A DNA stretch of 34,235 bases from Rubritalea sp. (GCF_039830215.1 NZ_JBDOPO010000366.1:1-34235), one strand, 5' to 3'. Counted from the stretch's first letter, positions 1 through 9,615 are shown. Notes: generated by a model not told the origin, from the letters alone. Program-made: numbers and translations.

Positions 1-2
1 TA

Positions 3-101
3 CTTCTTAGCTCCTGTGGTTGCTGCACAGGTGAAGCCAAGGCTCCACCTCTCCGTCCACTTCCGCAGTTTGCTGATATTCCAGTAGCGCCTACGAAGTA
101 A
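3..101 (+). CDS. 3' part of a small putative lipoprotein (5' end outside window)
   Basis: Frame from base 3 reads LLSSCGCCTGEAKAPPLRPLPQFADIPVAPTK-stop (TAA 99-101). LSSC resembles a lipobox, and a terminator follows directly. Confidence 0.55.
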   Translation, partial: LLSSCGCCTGEAKAPPLRPLPQFADIPVAPTK

Positions 102-108
102 TTTTTTT

Positions 109-147
109 AGCCGCTGAACTCCTCATGGGTTCGGCGGCTCTTTTTTT
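109..147 (+). terminator. Rho-independent terminator
   Basis: Stem AGCCGCTGAAC / GTTCGGCGGCT with one G-U pair, followed by C and T7. Confidence 0.8.
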
Positions 148-342
148 ATGAGAACAATAATGTCAATTTCCCTAGCTTTTTCGGCATGTTTTGGTCTTAA
201 TTCCTGCCAAACTCTTGGTAGGACAATGCAAGTTCCCGGTAACTTGTTAGAGTCAGTGGGACGATCCGCTGGTCTCGCCTCGCATGAGGATACTTGCCCT
301 CAATCCGAATTCGAGTGCTCTATCGAGCCCAAATTTGACTAA
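148..342 (+). CDS. Small putative lipoprotein, 64 aa
   Basis: Basic N-terminus, hydrophobic stretch, lipobox-like LNSC, then amphipathic QTLGRTMQVPGNLLESVGRSAG. Confidence 0.55.
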   Translation: MRTIMSISLAFSACFGLNSCQTLGRTMQVPGNLLESVGRSAGLASHEDTCPQSEFECSIEPKFD

Positions 343-686
343 ATTCCAAGAGATTGGCTGGAATTAAGCGGTGTGATGAGGAAATCTCTGTTCTTGAACT
401 AGAGGGTGACTGCTCTGTTTGCTGGTGGTCTGAAAGGCATAGGTTTGTCTAAGTCGGTAGGTGAAATCGACGGATTACTTTTTTCTCGAGATTTAGCGCT
501 TTCACTCGATGTTAGTAAGGGTAAAGCGAGTCAAGATTTGAAGAGTGCTGAAATCAAAATTGGAACTTTGCGTGAAATGTTTAATGAGGGGGATGTTATC
601 GCTCTAGATCGCATTGAGTGTGTGGAGAAGTTGCGGTGCAAGTCAGCTTTGTTATTGCCAATCCTTCAGAAAATTCAGTTGAGTTA

Positions 687-1217
687 ATGAGTGAGGAAAA
701 GTGTTATTGGTATGTAGTTCGAGCTCAACCTAAACGTGAGCGGGTAGCGGCGCGCAGCCTTCGAGCTACGATGGGGCTAGAGGTGGTGTGTCCCTTGGTG
801 AAGTTTCTTAAGGAGACTCGACGTGGTAGGGTGTGGTGGTCCGAGGCTATGTTTCCTGGTTACCTTTTCGCGAAGTTTAACAGAAAAGAGGATGAAAGGG
901 GGGTTCGGTATGCTCGGGGGGTCTTGACTATTGTGAAGTTTGGAAAGTCAATGCCTGTCGTGCCTGATGTCTTTGTTGATTCGGTAACCGAGTTGCTTGG
1001 TGAGCAGGAAGAGGTCGTTATCGCTCATGATGTTGAAGTTGGGGCCAAATTTGAGCTGGCTGAAGGGCCTCTCAGTGGGCAAATAGGTGATGTAATGGAA
1101 GTTCTTCCAGGTAAAGAAAGGGTACGACTTCTTGTCGAATTTATTGGAGGTGCGCGCGAAGTAGAAGTGGATCTTATGTCACTTTTGTTGCCCGGTCGAC
1201 CAGACTTAAAAAGATAG
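687..1217 (+). CDS. RfaH/UpxY-type NusG paralogue (transcription antiterminator)
   Basis: NGN motifs WYVVRAQPKRE and AMFPGYLFAKF; KOW-like EGPLSGQIG..V.E....KERVRLLVEFIG. Start placed at ATG 687 (MSEEKCYWY), not 618. Confidence 0.9.
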   Translation: MSEEKCYWYVVRAQPKRERVAARSLRATMGLEVVCPLVKFLKETRRGRVWWSEAMFPGYLFAKFNRKEDERGVRYARGVLTIVKFGKSMPVVPDVFVDSVTELLGEQEEVVIAHDVEVGAKFELAEGPLSGQIGDVMEVLPGKERVRLLVEFIGGAREVEVDLMSLLLPGRPDLKR

Positions 1218-1380
1218 AATCAGCCACTGCGGTTATAGTTTCTTTTAAATTGTTCATTTATATTTGAACTTTTCTCCCAGCCTGCTGTTCTGTCCTATGG
1301 TTGATCACGTTTGCTGGTCAAAAAACATACTCAAAATAGTGGCTGCAGGTTTCTGAATGATCCCATTCAATACGACCATG

Positions 1381-1392
1381 GGCGGTAGCGTC
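1381..1392 (+). promoter_or_regulatory. ops-like element (RfaH recruitment site)
   Basis: GGCGGTAGCGTC matches the enterobacterial ops GGCGGTAGCGTG at 11/12 positions. It lies on the coding strand between the antiterminator gene and the first operon gene. Confidence 0.65.
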
Positions 1393-1490
1393 GATTGACT
1401 AAGCATTATCTATACATTAGTAAATTGGGTATGTTAAGAATGAAATAATTCTTGCCAAGTGTGCAGGTGCGGTGTAGGCCGTTCACCGAC

Positions 1491-1739
1491 ATGAGTAATG
1501 CTCAGGCAGATAGTAGAAAAAAAAGCGTGATAAAAGGTCTCACGTGGCGTTGTCTCGCGACACTAACGACCTATCTGATCTCGTGGTTGCTCACTGGAGA
1601 TATCGAGACCGCAGGTCAGATTGCGACAATCGAGTTTTTCCTCAAGTTCTTCATCTACTACATGCACGAGCGATTTTGGCAGTGGTTGCCAGTGCAAGGA
1701 GTTCGCTGGAAACAAAAATTCAAAAAAGCCAAACCATGA
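1491..1739 (+). CDS. DUF2061-like small membrane protein
   Basis: DSRKKSVIKGLTWR..AT.TT and KFFIYYMHERFW pattern. Its stop overlaps the cysC start (ATGA). Confidence 0.8.
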   Translation: MSNAQADSRKKSVIKGLTWRCLATLTTYLISWLLTGDIETAGQIATIEFFLKFFIYYMHERFWQWLPVQGVRWKQKFKKAKP

Positions 1740-2344
1740 GCAATATCCACCCAGAGTATGAACGCCAGCTTCCGCAAGGGGCAAAAGAAGAGCTTTTAGG
1801 TCAGCGCGGACTGACAGTTTGGATGTATGGCCTCTCAGGTTCAGGTAAGTCAACTATCGCCAACGCGGCTGAGAAGGCGCTCAATACTCAAGGCCGATAC
1901 GTTACAATGCTGGATGGAGATAATCTCCGCAGTGGCCTCAATGCTGGTTTAGGTTTCAGCGATGCCGATCGAAAGGAAAATATTCGCCGGGCAGCGGAGG
2001 TAGCCAAGCTACTACGTCACAATGGAGCAATCGTTCTAGTCTCACTGATTACTCCTCAGAACGTTTTCCGTCGTCAAGTACGTGAAATCCTTGGAGAGGA
2101 TCAGTATTTAGAAGTCTATGTTAAAGCTTCTTTTGAAGCCTGCCAGGAGCGCGATGTCAAAGGGCTCTACGCTAAAGCTAAAGAGGGTAAAGTTGCGCAT
2201 TTCTCAGGTAAAACATCCTCTTTCGAAGAGCCAGATCAAGCCGATCTAGTCATCGATACCGAAAATCAATCTATCGAGCAAAGCCTCGAAACCCTTCTAC
2301 AATCAATCTATTCTAACATCGAGTTAGAGCAAATTTCAAAATAA
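1736..2344 (+). CDS. cysC: Adenylyl-sulfate (APS) kinase
   Basis: GLSGSGKST P-loop, LDGDNLRSGL..LGFS..DR.ENIRR, RDVKGLY. Start at ATG 1736. Confidence 0.95.
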   Translation: MSNIHPEYERQLPQGAKEELLGQRGLTVWMYGLSGSGKSTIANAAEKALNTQGRYVTMLDGDNLRSGLNAGLGFSDADRKENIRRAAEVAKLLRHNGAIVLVSLITPQNVFRRQVREILGEDQYLEVYVKASFEACQERDVKGLYAKAKEGKVAHFSGKTSSFEEPDQADLVIDTENQSIEQSLETLLQSIYSNIELEQISK

Positions 2345-2350
2345 CTAGTT

Positions 2351-3256
2351 ATGTCTACTTATCAACTAAGTCACCTCAAGCAACTCGAAGCGGAGGCAAT
2401 CTACATCCTTCGTGAAACTGCGGCACAGTTCGGAAATCCAGCACTTCTATTCTCTGGAGGTAAGGATTCCATCGTTATGGCGCACCTCGCATACAAGGCG
2501 TTCCACCCTGCGCGTTTACCATTCCCATTGGTGCACGTTGATACAGGTCACAACTTCAATGAAACAATGGAATTCCGCGATTACTACGTGGACAAGATCG
2601 GCGCACGCCTCGTTGTGGGTTCTGTGCAGGAGTCTATCGACAATGGGGATGTGCAAGAGGAGACCGGCCTAGATGCTAGCCGTAACGCACTCCAGACAAC
2701 CACACTTCTTGATACTATCGAGAAGCACGGATATGACGCATGTCTCGGTGGTGGTCGTCGCGACGAAGAAAAAGCCCGAGCTAAAGAGCGCTTCTTCTCC
2801 CACCGTGATGACTTCGGACAGTGGGATCCAAAAAACCAGCGACCAGAGCTCTGGAACCTTTTCAACGGCCGTAAGCAGCAAGGTGAGACCTTCCGTGTGT
2901 TCCCTCTATCCAACTGGACTGAGATGGACATCTGGCAGTACATCAAGGAAGAGAAAATCGAGCTTCCAAGCCTTTATTTCGCAGCTGAGCGCGAGTGCCT
3001 TGAACGTAATGGCGTTATTTTAGCTATCTCTGAGTTCGTGCAGCCACGCGAAGGTGAGACTGTAGAAAAGAAGAGTATTCGTTTCCGCACAATGGGTGAT
3101 GCTACGATCACTGGGGCAGTAGAGTCTGTAGCAGTTGATTACGACGCAATTATTGATGAGGTTGCAGCTGCTCGCCAGACTGAGCGTGGTAACCGCACAG
3201 ATGATAAGCGCTCTGAGACCTCCATGGAAGACCGCAAGAAGGAAGGTTACTTTTAG
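2351..3256 (+). CDS. cysD: Sulfate adenylyltransferase subunit 2
   Basis: LFSGGKDS PP-motif, GGGRRDEEKARAKER, QWDPKNQRPELW, C-terminal MEDRKKEGYF. Confidence 0.97.
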   Translation: MSTYQLSHLKQLEAEAIYILRETAAQFGNPALLFSGGKDSIVMAHLAYKAFHPARLPFPLVHVDTGHNFNETMEFRDYYVDKIGARLVVGSVQESIDNGDVQEETGLDASRNALQTTTLLDTIEKHGYDACLGGGRRDEEKARAKERFFSHRDDFGQWDPKNQRPELWNLFNGRKQQGETFRVFPLSNWTEMDIWQYIKEEKIELPSLYFAAERECLERNGVILAISEFVQPREGETVEKKSIRFRTMGDATITGAVESVAVDYDAIIDEVAAARQTERGNRTDDKRSETSMEDRKKEGYF

Positions 3257-3307
3257 ACCTTACCTGTATCTCAAATAACAAATTTCTAATCTCAAATAAC
3301 CATACCC

Positions 3308-4552
3308 ATGGATCTTTTACGTTTTACAACAGCAGGTTCCGTCGACGACGGAAAATCAACACTCATCGGGCGCTTGCTCTATGATTCAAAATCAATCTTC
3401 GAAGATCAGCTTGAAGCTATCGAGAGCAGCTCAGCTAAACGTGGTGACGAGGAAGTAAACCTCGCCCTTCTCACTGACGGTCTCAAGGCAGAGCGTGAAC
3501 AGGGAATCACTATCGATGTGGCATACCGCTACTTTGCCACCCCTAAGCGCAAGTTCATCATTGCCGATACTCCAGGCCACATCCAGTACACACGCAACAT
3601 GGTGACTGGTGCGTCCACTGCAGACATGGCGATCATTCTTATCGATGCGCGTAAAGGTGTGATCGAGCAGACTAAGCGCCACACATTCATTGCCAACCTC
3701 CTCCGCATTCAGCACGTTGTTGTTGCGGTCAACAAGATGGACTTGGTTGACTATTCAGAAGAGCGCTACAATGAAATCATCTCTGAGTACACAGACCTCG
3801 TAAGTCGTCTGGGTAACCTTGTGAATATTCATGCTATTCCTATATCTGCACTTCGCGGAGACAATGTGGTAGACAAGTCTGAGAACATGCCTTGGTACGA
3901 GGGTGGCACACTTCTTTACCATCTTGAAACAGTCTATGTTGGTGGAGTAGAAAACCACGTGGAAGCTCGCTTCCCTGTGCAGTGGGTGATTCGCCCGCAT
4001 TCTAACGAGTGGCATGATTTCCGCGGATTCGCAGGTCGTGTGGCAGGTGGTGTGTTTAAACCTGGTGATGAAGTGCTAGCGCTTCCATCTGGTTTCAAAT
4101 CAATCATCAAGTCCATCCATACTGCAGACGGCGAGCTATCTGAAGCATACGCTCCACAGTCCGTGACAATAACGCTCGATGATGAAATCGATATTTCACG
4201 TGGAGACATGATCGTGAAGGCAAACAATCCACCGACATCCACACAGGATCTCGAAGCAATGGTTTGCTGGTTCTCCGAGCGTCCACTCGCTGTGCGCGGA
4301 AAGTACATCATCCGTCACACTGAGCAGGAAACTAAGGCTGCCATTCAGTCACTCGACTACCAAGTCGACGTCAATACTTTTCACAAGCAGGAAGACGTGG
4401 AGACTCTCGGCATGAACGACATCGGTCGCATCAAGCTCCGCACAGCTAAGCCTTTACATGTAGATTCCTACAACAAGAACCGCCACACGGGTTCTTTCAT
4501 TCTAGTCGATGCCAGCACCAACGAGACAGTTGCTGCAGGGATGATCGCCTAA
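3308..4552 (+). CDS. cysN: Sulfate adenylyltransferase subunit 1 (GTPase), no fused APS kinase
   Basis: AGSVDDGKSTLIGRLL, EREQGITIDVAYRYF, DTPGH, NKMD; ends at ETVAAGMI. Confidence 0.97.
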   Translation: MDLLRFTTAGSVDDGKSTLIGRLLYDSKSIFEDQLEAIESSSAKRGDEEVNLALLTDGLKAEREQGITIDVAYRYFATPKRKFIIADTPGHIQYTRNMVTGASTADMAIILIDARKGVIEQTKRHTFIANLLRIQHVVVAVNKMDLVDYSEERYNEIISEYTDLVSRLGNLVNIHAIPISALRGDNVVDKSENMPWYEGGTLLYHLETVYVGGVENHVEARFPVQWVIRPHSNEWHDFRGFAGRVAGGVFKPGDEVLALPSGFKSIIKSIHTADGELSEAYAPQSVTITLDDEIDISRGDMIVKANNPPTSTQDLEAMVCWFSERPLAVRGKYIIRHTEQETKAAIQSLDYQVDVNTFHKQEDVETLGMNDIGRIKLRTAKPLHVDSYNKNRHTGSFILVDASTNETVAAGMIA

Positions 4553-4560
4553 CGATTTTT

Positions 4561-4627
4561 GCAGTCCACTAGTACAGCTAGTGGGCTGCCATCTATTATT
4601 CAGGAGGAAGTTTCCTGTCTGAATAAT
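4561..4627. other. Two tandem stem-loops after cysN
   Basis: GCAGTCCACTAG-5nt-CTAGTGGGCTGC (4561-4589) and ATTATTCAG..AGGAA/TTCCT..CTGAATAAT (4595-4627). No clean U-tract. Confidence 0.6.
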
Positions 4628-4849
4628 CTGACATAAGTGGGATTCCTTTGTTAGGAAGTTGAGTAAGCTCTACTTTTGAGATAAAAATAATTCTGAGAAT
4701 AGTATCGTTCCCGAACCTTTCTTCTAGCCTTTTATTAGGTTTTGGTGGACTAAGACTCCTTTTTCATCGTAAAAGCTCAGCAAGCTACAATGTGGAAAAT
4801 ACGAGGCTTCATCGTACCCGCACTCAAAAATCTTAAATTTTAAATTCCG

Positions 4850-6031
4850 ATGTCAGTCCCACTCCTCGATGTAAATGCTCAGAATCTCCCTCTTCAGGAG
4901 GAACTTAAAGCCACTTTTGATCGCGTTCTTCAAACTGGACGCTTCATCATGGGCGACGAGATGGAGGCCTTTGAGCGTGAAATTGGGGAGATGGTCGGAG
5001 CCAAACATGCGATAAGCGTGTCCTCTGGTACAGATGCCATTCTTCTAGCCCTTATGGCTCTTGGAATAGGTGAAGGTGACGAGGTCCTTTGCCCGTCATT
5101 CACCTTTTTTGCCACAGCTGGATGCATAGCACGCACAGGAGCAACTCCGGTATTTGTCGACAGTTGTCCAATTGACTTCAATATAGACCTTACAGATGCC
5201 GCTGCGAAGATGACCTCCCAAACGGTAGCAATCATCCCCGTTCACCTTTTCGGCCAAGCTGCCGATATGGACGGAATAATGACTTTCGCTGCAGAGAATG
5301 ATCTGAAAGTAATTGAAGATGGTGCGCAGGCAATTGGAGCCAAATATAAAGGACGTGGAGTCGGCTCTATTGGCGACTTCGGCGCTTATTCTTTCTTCCC
5401 ATCGAAAAATCTTGGTGGATTTGGTGACGGCGGAATGCTGGTGACCAATGACGACTCTCTTGCCGAAATGGCGCTCATGCTTCGCAACCATGGCATGAAC
5501 CCGAAGTACTACCATAAGTACATCGGTGGAAACTTCCGCTGCGATGCACTTCAGGCAGCCTTACTCCGTGTGAAACTTCGCGAATACAGCAAGTACACTG
5601 CAAATCGCCAAACTAATGCGAGCTATTACACTGAGAAACTCCTCCAGTTAGGTGGTGTCACGCAGGCAAATCCAGTAGATCATGGCTGTGCTGATAAACA
5701 GAACGCCCGACTTGCTGAAATCAAGCCTCAGCTGGTTCTGCCTGTTTCCTATGAACACAACGAACACATTTGGAATCAATTTACCATTCGAGTACTAGGT
5801 GGGCAACGCGATGCTCTTCGAGAGCACCTCACCAAGCTAGGGATTGGCTGTGATACCTACTATCCAGTTCCGCTGCACCAACAAGAATGCTTCGCAGACC
5901 TACCTCAGCACCCGCTCCCAGTGTGCGAACAACTCGCTAAAGAGGTCATCAGCATACCTATTTATCCAGAACTAACTATCGCCCAAAAAGACGAAGTCAT
6001 CTCAGCTATCGCTGGTTTCCTCGGGTCGTAG
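4850..6031 (+). CDS. DegT/DnrJ/EryC1/StrS family sugar aminotransferase
   Basis: SSGTDA, IIPVHLFGQ, IEDGAQAIG, SFFPSKNLGGFGDGG (PLP lysine). Confidence 0.95.
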   Translation: MSVPLLDVNAQNLPLQEELKATFDRVLQTGRFIMGDEMEAFEREIGEMVGAKHAISVSSGTDAILLALMALGIGEGDEVLCPSFTFFATAGCIARTGATPVFVDSCPIDFNIDLTDAAAKMTSQTVAIIPVHLFGQAADMDGIMTFAAENDLKVIEDGAQAIGAKYKGRGVGSIGDFGAYSFFPSKNLGGFGDGGMLVTNDDSLAEMALMLRNHGMNPKYYHKYIGGNFRCDALQAALLRVKLREYSKYTANRQTNASYYTEKLLQLGGVTQANPVDHGCADKQNARLAEIKPQLVLPVSYEHNEHIWNQFTIRVLGGQRDALREHLTKLGIGCDTYYPVPLHQQECFADLPQHPLPVCEQLAKEVISIPIYPELTIAQKDEVISAIAGFLGS

Positions 6032-6179
6032 AGTGAACTCTCGGTCGTTTAGCTCTTATCCGTGAATGGTGCTTATTTCACCGTTCAAGCAGAAACAAAT
6101 TCTCTAAATTTGGTTAATCCTGTAAAAGACTCCATCGTTCGAGCTATTTTAAATTTCAAATGACAAATCTTAAATCACA

Positions 6180-7112
6180 ATGCGCATTCTAATTACAGGA
6201 GGAGCCGGCTTCCTTGGCTCCCACCTTTCCGAACGTCTCCTTAACGAAGGTCATGAAGTACTTTGCCTCGATAACTTTTTCACTGGATTCAAGCGTAACG
6301 TCGCTCACTTATTGAGCAATCCAAACTTTGAGTTAATTCGTCACGACGTGATCGACCCGTTCAAGTTCGAGGTAGATCAAATCTACAACCTAGCCTGCCC
6401 AGCGTCCCCACCACACTACCAACATAACCCGATCAAGACGACCAAGACATCGGTCATGGGAGCAATCAATTCTTTAGGCCTTGCGAAGCGGGTCAACGCA
6501 CGCGTTTTCCAAGCCTCGACATCTGAAGTCTATGGTGACCCTGTAGTGCACCCACAGACTGAAGACTATTGGGGGAATGTGAACCCTATCGGCATTCGCT
6601 CGTGCTACGATGAAGGCAAACGCGTGGCTGAAACTCTCTTTTTCGACTACCATCGCCAAAATGGTGTCGATATTCGTGTAGTCCGGATTTTTAATACCTA
6701 CGGTCCTAGAATGAACCCAGATGACGGACGAGTTGTTTCTAACTTCATCGCTCAGGCTCTTCGGGGTGAAGATATCACAATCTACGGTGACGGTACTCAG
6801 ACGCGTTCATTTTGCTATGTAGACGATCTCATCGAAGGTTTTGTCCGCTTAATGAACCAGGATCAAGTCACTGGACCTGTCAACATAGGTAACCCGAATG
6901 AGTTCACCATGCTAGAACTCGCCGAAAAAGTGATAGCCAAAGTCGGTGGTTCCACCAAGCTCACTTTCCACCCACTTCCAGGTGACGATCCAAAACAACG
7001 TCAGCCAGATATCACTCAGGCCCAAAAATATCTCGATTGGCAACCCACAGTTTCCCTAGACGAAGGCCTAGACCGCACGATCGCCTACTTCCGCGATCTG
7101 CTGAAGAAGTGA
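6180..7112 (+). CDS. uxs: UDP-glucuronic acid decarboxylase (UDP-xylose synthase)
   Basis: [54 protein letters not shown]. Confidence 0.93.
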   Translation: MRILITGGAGFLGSHLSERLLNEGHEVLCLDNFFTGFKRNVAHLLSNPNFELIRHDVIDPFKFEVDQIYNLACPASPPHYQHNPIKTTKTSVMGAINSLGLAKRVNARVFQASTSEVYGDPVVHPQTEDYWGNVNPIGIRSCYDEGKRVAETLFFDYHRQNGVDIRVVRIFNTYGPRMNPDDGRVVSNFIAQALRGEDITIYGDGTQTRSFCYVDDLIEGFVRLMNQDQVTGPVNIGNPNEFTMLELAEKVIAKVGGSTKLTFHPLPGDDPKQRQPDITQAQKYLDWQPTVSLDEGLDRTIAYFRDLLKK

Positions 7113-7130
7113 GAAACACCTTTCGAACTC

Positions 7131-7264
7131 CGACATCTCTAGCGTCTCCAACTGTCAAAAGTCCAAGGTCTCAAAGTCAATGCTACGAAGTCTGGCGACT
7201 TCAAGCTAAAATAACCATCGCGACCACCCGATCAATAACGACCTTTGACTTTCCGACCTTCGAC
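7131..7264 (+). repeat. Structured intergenic repeat, copy 1
   Basis: Aligns by eye over ~125 bp with 8497-8622 and with the reverse complement of 10526-10649. Confidence 0.9.
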
Positions 7265-7339
7265 CCCCACTTCAATCTAGAGTCCCTATACACTAGGTGA
7301 CTCCCGCACTACTCAACTTCAAAACTAGCCCACTTCATC

Positions 7340-8455
7340 ATGAAAAAAGCCCTCATTACTGGAATCACAGGACAAGATGGTTCTTACCTAGCCGAGTTCC
7401 TTTTGGAGAAAGGTTACGAGGTACACGGCATCAAACGGCGTTCTTCACTCTTTAACACAGGACGTGTCGATCACATCTATCAGGATCCACATATTGAAAA
7501 CTCCAGATTTCACCTTCACTATGGTGATCTAACTGATTCATCTAACCTCATTCGGATCATGAAAGAGGTCGAGCCAGATGAAGTGTACAACCTAGGAGCT
7601 CAGTCACATGTTGCAGTTTCATTTGAAGTCCCTGAGTACACTGCAGATGTGGATGCACTGGGCACGCTTAGATTACTTGAAGCTATTCGCTTCCTTGGCT
7701 TAGAAAAGCAGACAAAATTCTACCAAGCTTCCACCTCAGAACTCTACGGAGAGGTGCACGAAATTCCTCAGACTGAGAAAACTCCATTCCACCCACGTTC
7801 ACCATACGCAGTGGCCAAAATGTATGCATTTTGGATCGCGGTAAACTACCGTGAGTCCTATGGCATGTATGCGTGCAATGGAATCTTGTTCAACCACGAG
7901 TCTTCACGACGAGGTGAAACCTTCGTGACTCGTAAGATCACACGTGCAATAGCAAACATCTCACAAGGACTGGAGGACTGCCTCTATCTTGGTAACCTAG
8001 ATGCCCTCCGTGACTGGGGGCATGCCAAGGACTACGTCCGCATGCAGTGGATGATGCTTCAGCAGGACACTCCAGAAGACTTTGTTATCGCTACAGGGAA
8101 GCAAATTTCAGTTCGCGAATTTGTCACACTATCAGCTAAAGAAGCAGGCATTGAACTCCAGTTTACTAGAGAAGGTGTGGACGAAATCGCTACAGTGTCA
8201 GCCGTCGATTCAGACAAAGCTCCCTCCGTGCATGTCGGCGATGTGGTTGTCAAAGTCGATGAGCGCTACTTCCGTCCAGCAGAAGTTGAAACGCTGTTAG
8301 GTGATCCGACAAAAGCTAAAGAGAAGCTTGGCTGGGTCCCTGAAATCACCGTCGAAGAGATGTGTGCCGAAATGGTAGCCTGCGATATCGACCAGGCAAA
8401 GCGCTACGCTCTCCTCAAAGCCCACGGTCACGAAGTCTCAGTTGTAACTGAATAG
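7340..8455 (+). CDS. gmd: GDP-mannose 4,6-dehydratase
   Basis: [49 protein letters not shown]. Confidence 0.98.
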   Translation: MKKALITGITGQDGSYLAEFLLEKGYEVHGIKRRSSLFNTGRVDHIYQDPHIENSRFHLHYGDLTDSSNLIRIMKEVEPDEVYNLGAQSHVAVSFEVPEYTADVDALGTLRLLEAIRFLGLEKQTKFYQASTSELYGEVHEIPQTEKTPFHPRSPYAVAKMYAFWIAVNYRESYGMYACNGILFNHESSRRGETFVTRKITRAIANISQGLEDCLYLGNLDALRDWGHAKDYVRMQWMMLQQDTPEDFVIATGKQISVREFVTLSAKEAGIELQFTREGVDEIATVSAVDSDKAPSVHVGDVVVKVDERYFRPAEVETLLGDPTKAKEKLGWVPEITVEEMCAEMVACDIDQAKRYALLKAHGHEVSVVTE

Positions 8456-8496
8456 TTTGGTAGTGGGGAAGTTTTGAAGTCCGGGAGTTGATAGCC

Positions 8497-8622
8497 AGCG
8501 CCTCCAATTGTCAAAAGTTCAAGGTCTAAAAGTCAAAGCTAGGAAGTCTGGTGACTTCAAATCAAAAATCTATCGCGACCCCGCGATGAAACTCGACTTT
8601 AGACCTTTCCGACCTTCGACAC
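8497..8622 (+). repeat. Structured intergenic repeat, copy 2
   Basis: Same blocks as copy 1: GTCAAAAGTYCAAGGTCT, GAAGTCTGGYGACTTC, ATCGCGACC, TTTCCGACCTTCGAC. Confidence 0.9.
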
Positions 8623-8655
8623 TCTAAAGGAACCAAAAACTTACGAATCACTAAA

Positions 8656-9615
8656 ATGTTGTCCGACAAATCACAAACTAAACTCTTAGTTCTCGGTGCG
8701 ACCGGAATGGTTGGCTCAGCCCTAGTGAGGCGAGCAGACGAACTGGGTTACGGTGAAATACTGACCCCTAGAAGCAAGGATTTGGATCTATGCAACCAGG
8801 CCCAGACGCACGCATATATAGCCCAGAAAAAGCCTGACGAAGTGATCGTCGCCGCTGCTAAAGTCGGTGGGATTCACGCAAACAATACCTATCCAGCCGA
8901 GTTCATATACAAGAACCTCATGATTGCCTCAAATGCAATCGAAGGCTCGTATCAAGCAGGGGTGAAGCAATTGTTGTTCCTTGGGAGCTCCTGTATCTAC
9001 CCGAAGTTGGCACCTCAACCAATGCCAGAAAGTTGCCTTCTAACCAGCGAGTTAGAACCAACCAATGAAGCCTACGCTATTGCCAAAATTGCAGGGCTAA
9101 AGCTGTGCCAGTACTACAGAAAACAATACGGCGTGAACTACCATTCCGCCATGCCTACTAACCTTTACGGACCTGGCGATAACTACCATCCGGACAACTC
9201 CCACGTTATTCCAGGCATGCTTCGCCGATTCCATGAAGCAAAAGAATCTGGGGCTGAGTCCGTAACAATCTGGGGCAGCGGTACGCCTAAACGTGAATTC
9301 CTCTACGTCGAAGACCTAGCCAGCGCCTGTTTCCACATCATGCAGCAAAAATCACCCGCCGACTGGGTCAACTGCGGCTACGGCGACGATGTATCCATTC
9401 TCGAGCTAGCCCAAACAATCGGAAAAACAGTTGGCTTCAAAGGGGCAATTCTTAACGACCCAAGCAAGCCTGATGGAACCCCACGCAAGCTCATGGACAA
9501 TAGCCTCCTACAAAACTCAGGCTGGCAACCTGAGGTCGACCTCCAACAAGGTCTCAAACTCGCTTACGAGGATTTTAAAGCAGCTCTAGCATCTGAAAAC
9601 GTCCGAAGCGTGTAG
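8656..9615 (+). CDS. fcl: GDP-L-fucose synthase
   Basis: [58 protein letters not shown]. Confidence 0.97.
   Translation: MLSDKSQTKLLVLGATGMVGSALVRRADELGYGEILTPRSKDLDLCNQAQTHAYIAQKKPDEVIVAAAKVGGIHANNTYPAEFIYKNLMIASNAIEGSYQAGVKQLLFLGSSCIYPKLAPQPMPESCLLTSELEPTNEAYAIAKIAGLKLCQYYRKQYGVNYHSAMPTNLYGPGDNYHPDNSHVIPGMLRRFHEAKESGAESVTIWGSGTPKREFLYVEDLASACFHIMQQKSPADWVNCGYGDDVSILELAQTIGKTVGFKGAILNDPSKPDGTPRKLMDNSLLQNSGWQPEVDLQQGLKLAYEDFKAALASENVRSV

Noticed and set aside
618-686. Extended N-termini in the ORF track (618, 1452, 1544, 9618, 16867, 20842, 21500)
   Set aside because: They overlap upstream genes or precede the family-typical start; downstream ATGs fit better.
406-687. 93-aa ORF whose TAA overlaps the antiterminator ATG
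   Set aside because: GTG start, no recognisable motif; the overlap alone is not enough to call a gene.
1452-1480. Possible sigma70 promoter TTGCCA-N17-TAGGCC
   Set aside because: Weak -10 match; cannot be supported without TSS data.
2412-5515. Alternative-frame and antisense ORFs inside cysD, cysN and degT, and similar ones throughout the window
   Set aside because: Shadows of well-supported genes, with no motifs of their own.
6063-6087. Hairpin TGAATGGTG/CACCGTTCA after degT as a terminator
   Set aside because: No U-tract; function unclear.
7037-7300. ORFs 7037-7300, 10394-10711 and 10462-10677
   Set aside because: They are translations through the non-coding structured repeat.
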